Of a stretch of 64,000 bases of DNA, positions 54,911 through 64,000 are shown in pieces. Below the pieces are notes generated by a model. The model was not told where the DNA came from, ran no database searches, and saw only the letters and a list, made by a program, of their open reading frames with translations. This DNA comes from Nageia nagi (lineage: Eukaryota > Plantae > Pinophyta). The translations under genes were made by a program, and so were the position numbers. Each line of letters opens with the position of its first letter. Positions within the stretch are counted from its first letter, which is position 1. The DNA is taken from contig JBITNC010000001.1 of NCBI GenBank assembly GCA_050084985.1, forward strand, positions 154,690,001-154,754,000, in the 5' to 3' direction.

Positions 54911-55512
54911 ATAGAAGGTAAATTAGGCAAAGTAATCCAACAAATTACATATAACATGTCCTAAAGAGAATAATATAAATTGAACTCAAAATTGATGAAT
55001 CCATTTCAACACATTTGAAATTGAGGAGATTAATTTTACTATCCTCAAAAAGGGTATAAAGAATACTCAAAGAAATTTTTGGGGAATCCTCACCATGAAC
55101 AAAATGGTATAGATCAATATTGACCTAGGATTTGAATTGGTGGAACTACTTTTAGACCCAAAGAAAATTTGTTTAATTTTTCCATATAATAGATAAGAAG
55201 ATATGATAGAGTTGGAGATTTAAGAGTTGTATATATTTTGGGAGATGATATATAATATAAGCCTTACCCCCTTAAATCAATAAATAAATTTGGATGACTT
55301 AGTGAAAATTATTGAGTTTGGAATTCTAATTGAGAATACTATAGTTTATAAGTTTATATATAATAATGTTTCTATGATAACCCTAATAAGTTTTATGCCC
55401 CTATCTAAAAAACCCTTTCAATTTACTTTAGGAAAATAATAATACTAATAATAATAATACATTTAAAATACAATAATATGTATATAAAAACTTATATTAC
55501 AATAATCTAGTT

Positions 55513-56109
55513 TAGGGTTTATTTTACCCAGGAATATTCGTTAATAAGCAAATTTTAAATTTTACTAAAATTGAAATTGGTGAATGTTTTGAGTTACACA
55601 AATAACCTTATTGCTAATTTTTTTATTTTTAATTTTTATCCAGACTAGGCCAATAAGTCAAATCAATATTTTAAATTAATTTTTTATTTTTCATCGATAT
55701 TTGGAAATAATAAATAGCCAACTTCACCTTGAAATTATAAATTTCTATGTATATTTCAACTAAGCTGCATAATATAAATACCTTAATCTAAATTTGATAT
55801 CTCATGGTAGTAATCTGCTACTTCCCAATAGCATCTTGTTATCTCTTGATAGCATTCTACCTCCTAGTAGGAATCTAATACCACCTAGTAGCATACTATT
55901 GCCTCTCGATAGCAGATTCCTATCACCTGATAGTAGATTGCTACTACCTAGTAGCAACCACCTAGTAGCAAACTACTACCACTTGGTATCAGATTACTAC
56001 CATCTAGTAGAATACTTCTACCACTTGGTATTAGACTACTACCACCTAGTAGTAGTCACCTAATAACAAATTGCTACCACTCGATATCAAGTTTCTACCA
56101 CTTGGTAAC
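55513..56109 (+). mobile_element. Left end of a third hAT related to the inner element, interrupted by the gypsy LTR
   Basis: TAGGGTTTATTTTA..TAATAAGCAAATTTT..AACTTCACCTTGAAATTA is colinear with 41462-41760 and is followed by the 21-bp motif array. Confidence 0.82.
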
Positions 56110-59100
56110 TATCACGACCCACCTCAAGACACTGTTTGACCTTAAGTACCATCAAGGATTTGACTGGATTATATATGAATAATGCTATAGTAATGATAAT
56201 TTTGATAAGGAAATATGTACCATTTATGAAAATTTGATGCTATCTTCAATATGGTTTTACACAAGTCACCTTAAGATGGAGAAGAGATCCAAAGACCCTA
56301 GGGACCAAAGGTGAATTGGATGGGAATGAGAGGGTATGAGGAGGAAATGATTGGCAATGATTTGCTAAAAAATCCTATGACCATCATAAATCATGTAGTT
56401 GCATGTAGAATAATCACTATGATTTTCAATTTCTTGATGAAAATATGTTTTCAAAAATGTGTGGATTAATCTTACTTTGCAAGATAAGGTGACTATCGTA
56501 GGTAAAGGTGTGTTTCCCTTGTTTGGTATTTTTGAAATTCAAAATTGAAATAGAGGTAAAAAGGAATATACCTTCTCCAAATTTGAAAATTTATATAAGA
56601 TAATATAAATAAATTAAATGGGTTAAAAGTTGAATATGAGAACCCATACTATTGCCACATGGGTCTAATAGTAAAATAGTTTCAGAAAAAGACTAAGGTC
56701 TCCTTGTGGTGTTACAAGATATTTAATGGATAGAAAAATAATGAATTAATGACCCTACTTAGTTTTGTTTTATTGTGCTACATATGGATAAAATTTAGCA
56801 CTAATTATTTATTTTATAAATATGGCTCCAAGGTATTTAATACCATTTCAATCATCAACAACTTTAAGCAAACTTACCCCAAAAACTATTAAAATGAGAG
56901 GAGACATTCATTTGGACACACTTGAACCTCTTTAGTTATAAATAGGAGGGGTGGAACATTAGAAAAACACCTACTCATCTATCTATCTTTTATTATTTCA
57001 TTTTTATTATTCTCAAGTTTGGGTGTAGAGTTATGTAAAGAAAAGAAGTCTTTTTTCCCTCTCCAAGCTCAAGTGCATTCTAATACATTTCTAAAATATC
57101 TAGTTAAAAGAGTCATATATTCAAAATATATATTTTTTAATTGCAATAAAGTGTTGTTGGTAAAAATAATTGTACCATTGGAAGATACATATTATTATTT
57201 TTGTCAGATATAATGCATATGGTGGTTGGAGCCTTATCTTGTCATTTAAAAGAGCAATGGGAAGGTATCTTATTATTTTAAAGTTTTATCAAAAATATCA
57301 AGTAAAAATGTGTATTATAGTATAATAAATTAATTTTATTATGTACATTTCATGTAAACTTATTCCTATTAAAATAATTCAATCTTACTTTCAATCTATG
57401 TATCCTCCCACATTTTCTATATGGTAATTCATAGCTACAATATTTGAAGTCAAACCATTTCTACTGCTCTTTGGTAGTATTCCAACCTTTATATTCCTAT
57501 AATTAATTAATAAATTTGTTTTAAAATCCATAGCCTTCCCTTTCTACAAACATTTAATATCCATTTGTGTACTCTTTCTCATTTTACTTACTCAAGGGCA
57601 CATGATCCATACATAATAAGGCAATATCGTTCACTAATTCTTGTCACTTTTTCAAGCTTCCTTTGTGGTGTTCTATGTCAAAATAATACTAAAAAATGGT
57701 TGTAGAGTATGGATTTAATTATATAAATGTGTAAAAATCTCTAGTATCCTAGTAGAAACCAAAATTTGCTTATCTTGCCACAATTACTATCCATAAAATT
57801 TATTAACATCTTGATTGCTTTCAAATAATTCCTGGGTATGGTGTATTCCTACACATTTTACCTACATGGATATCTAGGTATTCATGACCACATATTTATA
57901 AAAATAATAATATTGACTACTCTTTAATGAATACTAATACCTTCTTCTAAATATTTCATGATAGAACATGTTGAAAAGAATGTTAGTTAGCCCTATCCAT
58001 TATAGTTGAATCACCTATGCTCACATCCATGGAACTCTATCTACATCATCAAACAATCCCTAGGCCTTGAAGTTGAATATAATCATGACATAAACCTTTT
58101 TGTTTACATTCCTATGGTACAAAACTCCATATCTTCCCCATGATCTTGGATTAGGGCATATATAGTTAAAATTTATAGAAATTGGTTTCACTTTAATCCA
58201 AAAACTTATGTTATTTGCAAACTTTGCTTTTGATCTCAATGAAAATCCCCATTTAATTAGCATGATATCCTTTCAATAATTTAGGTTTTATTTCAACATA
58301 ACTTAAAAAATGCAAGGAAATCATCAATGTGATGAGTAAAAGATATGGTGAATCAAGGAAGGACTTTGGTATTTCATAGATAGGACTTACATTTAATTTA
58401 ATTTCCCTTTTACTTTTAACACCTACTCCACTTTGATTAGTACCTTTTGGTTTTAAAATCTTATTGAGTATTTTTATGATTAAATTCAATCTTAATATGT
58501 ATGATGGATTAATGAATAATAAATAAGAAATATGAATATTATACTAGAAGGGATATAAAGGGTGACTATAAATTAATAAGATGTAGTTGACAATAAATTT
58601 ATTATTGCTATAGATGAAAAACTATATTTGTTTGAGATAGTAAGAAATTAATATTAAATTTGGGAAGGTTGAAACCTAAAACTATCAGATAATAGTAATA
58701 TCCATGGTTAGTTTATGAAAGAAAATTTATTGTGATCAAGTAAGAGAGGTGATAAAAATCCTCCTGAGGTCCATATAGGTGAATGCGAATAGGATTACAT
58801 GTAATGAAGAATGCATTTGCATAATGGTCAAGTTTAAAATGGGGTTATCCTAATCCTTCTCCCTCTTAGTACTCTATCCATACACCAAAAGTCTACAAAG
58901 ATGCTCATTGAACAAAGATCCATGGATATGTTCAATGCTTGATGCTTATTATTGATAGATCAAAGGATTTATATTAGCCTTATGATGTATTAATGTCCTT
59001 TGTAATAAGTTTATGATGGCTTGTAATTATCTTAGATGTTGATAAATGAATTTATGAAGTGTATTAAATCTTCTTGTAATTAATTATTGACTTAGAAATG

Positions 59101-59541
59101 ATCAATAAGGAATGTTTTATATTTATAGATTATTAGTGTAATGAATGGTAAATGAAAAGTAGGTGATTTTGTGTTTGGAAAATGCTAACTTAGTGGAAGT
59201 GTAATCTTTCAGGTGGTATGGGCCTCAAGTAGAAAACCACTACATTATGACCAGAAAGCCTATTGCACATGGGACATGGAATAGAAATTATGAGGTTACT
59301 TTTAAGGTGTCTTCTCAATAGGATGAATGTTGAGAAGTGAACACCAAAAATTTTTATTAGGGTTGGTTACATCAAATTTCTTTACCAATCTTTCCATGTG
59401 AGTGTTGAACTAACAAGAAACATTATTAAACTCATTTGGGTTTACTTGGTTCATTCCTATAATATTGAGTGCTAAACTAAATAAAAAGAATTAACTATAA
59501 ACTCTAGGGTTATGGTTGATAAGAATAGTGGATGCATTACA
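56110..59541 (+). repeat. 5' LTR (3432 bp)
   Basis: TATCACGACCC...GGATGCATTACA; homologous to the solo LTR at 32087-36366; TATA-like TATAAATA at ~56937. Confidence 0.9.
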
Positions 59542-59542
59542 T

Positions 59543-59554
59543 TGGTATTAGAGC
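59543..59554 (+). promoter_or_regulatory. Primer binding site (tRNA-iMet)
   Basis: TGGTATTAGAGC, one mismatch from the canonical TGGTATCAGAGC, directly after the LTR. Confidence 0.9.
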
Positions 59555-60059
59555 GTTAAGTTCAAAACCTTGGGCCTATGGTCCATGTCTATTTTTGTAT
59601 AAAATTTTATGAAGTTAAGATGAGTATGCATGAGCCTAATAACAATACCATTTGGTTAACTCAAATTATGGAAATCCCAAGACATCTAACTAGAGCTTCA
59701 GACAAGCTACAACAAGGTGTTGCAAATAGCCTTCCCATGAATGCTAATGCTAGTGAAAACCAAAGAAATGGTAGGAGCCCAAATGCAAATGTTAGGGGGT
59801 GAAATGATAGAAGGGGAATAATGATGAATGCCAATTGGTAGGTTCTTGAAAATAATACTTAGAGTTATTCTAACCATTCCAATTAGAATAATAGAGGAGA
59901 AGAAGGCATCACAAGACTCCAAAAGTAGGTGGTAGAGCAACAAGAATTGATAAATAATATGCTAAGTTAGAGAGTTGATCTTCCAATATAAGAACCTAAT
60001 CCAATCCTTCCAACTCAAGTAAGATTGGGTGGAATAAATAACTAGATTTAGGAAAGGAT

Positions 60060-63000
60060 CGAACCAAAACTTGAATCTGATCTAAAGAAAGCCTAGATAC
60101 CTAAATTTAATGGAAATCATGAAGGTGAGCATGCAAAAGTGTGGTTAGAAGAGGCTAAAAATATTTTTCAATTAAAATTCTATCACCAAAAACCAAGACC
60201 ATCTAGGCTACCTATAACTTTCAAGATGTTGCTCTAGAATGGTCATCCAGTACTTGAAGTTGTCAAAATTTATTATAACATTCCAAAAATGATTCATTCC
60301 TTAGGTATATTATGATAAAAAGTATTAAGAGTACTATAATTTTTATTAAGGGTAAATGAGTGTCCAAATTTATCACCAAAACTTTGTTAAACTTCTTAAG
60401 TACATCCCAAAAAATTAGAATCATATGAAGGTACATAGATTCCTTGAAGGGTTAGATCCTAAGATCAAAACTAAAGTAAATGTATTGAATCCCAAGACAC
60501 TTGAATAAGCTTATGATCTTGCAAAAAGGGAAGAAAATAATTTGGGTATCAAAATGACCTTTTTAAACTAAAAAATTCCAAATGAAAAAGATAAGGAAAT
60601 CCACCAAAAGAATCATAGTGCAAAGCATCAAGCATAGTTGACAAGAAATAAGAAAACTAATCATGATTTCAAGGATGTAAATAATTCTAGATTTGAAAAA
60701 AGATCATTTGGGAACAAAGGATTTAAGAACAAGAAATTTTAGAGGAAGAATTGGTAGTTTCATAAACAACAACAAAATCCTAGAAATAAAACCCAACATT
60801 TCAAGAACCAAGATCAAGGGTTTCCAAAGCTAAGAGGTAATCAGAATACGTCAAAAGTTAAGATTCCTTAATAGAAGAAAGCTCCTTGAGATGGATGTTG
60901 GAACTATGGTGGAGCTCATTATCCAAATCAATGTCCCTTGAAAATAGATCCACTCAAAGAATAACAAATCTTTGTAGCCATTAAAGTAGGATAACTTCTA
61001 GGATAAGCTACACCTCTCCAAATCTTGGGTAAAATTTCTATCAAATATTTTATAGTTTTGATAGATTATGGTGCAATGGATAATTTCATTTCAAATTATT
61101 TAGTTAAATATACGATTAAGGTACTAATATTTTTGACAAAAGGGTGGCAAGTGGAGTTTTGATTTGGCTAGAAATACCCTATTAGATAATGTTTTATGGA
61201 TATTGAAATAGAATTACCTAAGGGATCCATAGTGTGGGATTTATATATGGTTACCCTAGATTCTTATGATATTATTTTAGTCATGGATTGGTTGATGAAC
61301 CATAAAGCTTTGATTGAATTTAAGGAGATATTGGTAGAATACACTAATGTATTTCAAAACTGATATAGGGTGTTTAGTGATCAAGGATCATTTGAACCCT
61401 ACTTGATCATAACCACACAAATTATAAGAAGTATTAGAAAAAGGGAAATTATCTTTGTAGTTAAGGTCAAAGAAATGGAAGAAGAGGATAAAGATGTAGA
61501 AATGTTAAATAAGTATCTAGTGTTGAGATAATATAAGGATGTATTTCCTAAGGAACTACCAGATATACCCCCAAAATGAGAATTTGACTTCTCAATAGAT
61601 CTAATGCTAGGAGCTAAACATATATTTAGAAATCCCTATAGAATGAACACCATTGATATGTAGGAGTTAAAAGTGCAAATATAAGATCTTTTGGAGAAAG
61701 GGTTGATAAAGCCTAGTGTATCAACATAGGAAGCTCTTGTACTATTTTTCAAAAAGAAGGATGGAACACTAAGATTATGTATTGACTATAGGATGTTGAA
61801 TAAGGTCATCATCAAGAATAGGTATCTGCTATCTAATATTGATAACTTGTTTGACCAACTCAAAGATGCTACTATAATTTCCAAGATAGACTCAAGATTA
61901 GGTTACCATCAATTGAGGACAAAAGAATTAGATACCCATAAGACATCATTCAAGACTTGGTATGGAAATTATGAATTTGTAGGCTTACCATTTGGGCTAA
62001 CAAATGCTCCTATATAAATCATGAATCTAATGAGTAATATTTAACAAGAATACTTAGATAAATTTATGCTAGTCTTTTTAGATGATATCCTCATATACTC
62101 AAGGAATGATGAGGAGCATAACCATAATTTGAGATTAGAAATAGAGGTTTTGAGATGAAATAAACTATATGGTAAATTATATAAGTGTGATTTTTATGTT
62201 TTCTACATTCAGTACTTAGGTCACATTATTTCTATCAAAGAAATCTTAGTTGACCCTAAAAAGGTAGAAGCAATAATGAGTTGTCTTGCGCAAACAAATG
62301 TGATTGAGGTAAGAAGTTTCATGGGATTAGCTAGATATTATAGAAGATTTGTTAAGGAATTTTCAAAGACATCAAATCCTATCACCATTATATAAAAGAA
62401 AAATAAAGTGTTTGAATGGACTGAGAAGTGTTAAAAAACATTTGCAACTCTTAAGGAAAAAGTTACCTCTGCACGAGTTCTCATTATCCTTGACCCCCAT
62501 AGTGACTTTGTAATGTGTACAAATGCATCATTAAAGGTTTTGGGTGGAGTGTTATCACAAAATGGAAATATCATAGCACATGAATCCAGATTGTTAAAGC
62601 CACATGAGTTGAATTATGCTACACATGATCTTGAGTTAGCAGTTGTAGTGCATGCATTGAAGATGTGGAGGTATTACTTTATAGGAAAACCTTTCAAATT
62701 TGAAATAGATCATTAGAGTTTTAAATAGTTTTTCACTCATACTAACTTAAATGCTAGACAAAGGAGGTGTATGGAGTTCCTTGCAAAATATGATTTTAGT
62801 ATTGAGTATATCAAGGGTATGGAAAATAAGGTAACCAATGCATTAATGTAAATGCCATGACAAGAAGCTAGTTTGACTCATTTGATCAAGTGAGAATCTT
62901 ACTACAAGAGGATTTGTAATATAAATCCATCAAGTAAATGATAAAAAAAGGTAATATTTCATCTCAATACTTTTCTAAAAAATATATAATTTTGTATTTT

Positions 63001-64000
63001 AGAGAAAAATTAGTTATCTTAGAAAAAGGAGATTTAAGAAGTTCAATCCTACAAGAATCCCATCATCCTCCATATGCAACACATATGGGAGAAATGAAGA
63101 TGAGATAAGATTGGAAAAAGAACTTCTATTGGGATGGAATGAAGAAGGATATAGCATAGTTTGTGGTAAAAAACTTTAAATGTTAGAAAGTAAAAGCAAA
63201 ACATCAGCATCTAGGTGGATATTTATATCCCCATGATATTCTGACACAAAAATGGTAAGTAAACTAGATTCCATCATGACTCCATATTCATTATGGTTGA
63301 TAGGTTAACAAAGGTTGAACATATTATACCTGGTAACACCACAAATTATGGCCCTATAGTAGACAATAAGTTTGCACATGATATCTCTAGATTGCATGGA
63401 TTTCTTAAAGTGACAATCTCAAATAAGGATTCTAAGTTCACTTTCATATTTTGAAAATCATTACATAAGACATTGGGTATAAAGTTAAATATGAGCTCAG
63501 CTTATCAACCTAAGAAATATGTGTATAAGGAATGTATGAACAAATTCCTCGAGGACATACTTAGAATGTATTACATGGAACAAAAGACCTAATGGGAAGA
63601 TTATCTTTATATGGTTGAGTTCGCATACAATAATGGTTGTCATTCATATTTAGGAATGGCTCCTTTTGAGGAACTATATAAAAGGAGATGCAAAATTCCT
63701 TTGAAATGGGATAATTGAGAGGATCTAGTGATGATCCAACAAAAAATGTTAAAGTAAATGGAGGAGAAACTCAATTCTATTTGATGAAATTTGAAGGAAG
63801 CTACCAATGGATAGAAGAGGTATGCCAATATTAAGAGAACTCCTTGAGAATTTGCTATAGGTGATAAGGTTTTTTTATAAATTTGACCCATGAAAAGTGC
63901 CATAAAATCAACTAAATTGGATCCCCAATTTGTTGGTCCTTTTGAAATTATGGAAAAGAAGAGTCCTATAGCTTACAAACTTGCCTTGCCACCAAGTTTG
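60060..64000 (+). pseudogene. Degenerate gag-pol polyprotein
   Basis: Gag IPKFNG..AKVWLEE; protease VLIDYGAMDNFIS; [40 protein letters not shown]; RNase [23 protein letters not shown]; integrase SSAYQP..EFAYNN; KLDPQFVGPF..AYKLALP. Confidence 0.93.

Larger units (their letters stand above)
56110..64000 (+). mobile_element. Ty3/gypsy element (Tekay/Reina-like): 5' LTR, PBS and gag-pol, running off the window
   Basis: LTR 56110-59541; PBS TGGTATTAGAGC at 59543-59554; domain order PR-RT-RH-INT. Confidence 0.92.

Noticed and set aside
55794-56063. ORF with YYHLV repeats (also ORF 49265..49495)
   Set aside because: Artefact of the 21-bp tandem motif, which equals 7 codons.

Overview
AT-rich, strongly CpG-depleted eukaryotic DNA that reads as a large plant genome (gymnosperm-like; inferred, not proven). 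It is almost entirely a nest of decayed transposable elements. Left to right: (1) the 3' end of a Ty3/gypsy element; (2) one CpG-retaining exon resembling the N-terminus of the plant INO80 chromatin remodeller, with no further exon recognised in the next 57 kb; (3) a Tat/Ogre-like gypsy relic carrying two nested inserts: a 9-kb tandem array of a non-coding LTR element, and a TSD-flanked 2.4-kb LINE-derived retroposon whose ORF1 starts with a cold-shock domain; (4) a complex of two-gene hAT transposons. These pair a ZNF862/Tip100-type transposase with a convergent, spliced, PMD/DUF1985-like accessory gene and carry arrays of palindromic 20-21-bp motifs. One complete 8.25-kb copy (14-bp TIRs, 8-bp TSD) sits inside a relative whose accessory-gene arm is triplicated; (5) a gypsy solo LTR and a long-LTR gypsy element of the same family, with apparently non-homologous central LTR segments. 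All TE ORFs are disrupted. Protein family calls come from motif recognition by eye, not database searches. Internal boundaries without a TSD or TIR are approximate.
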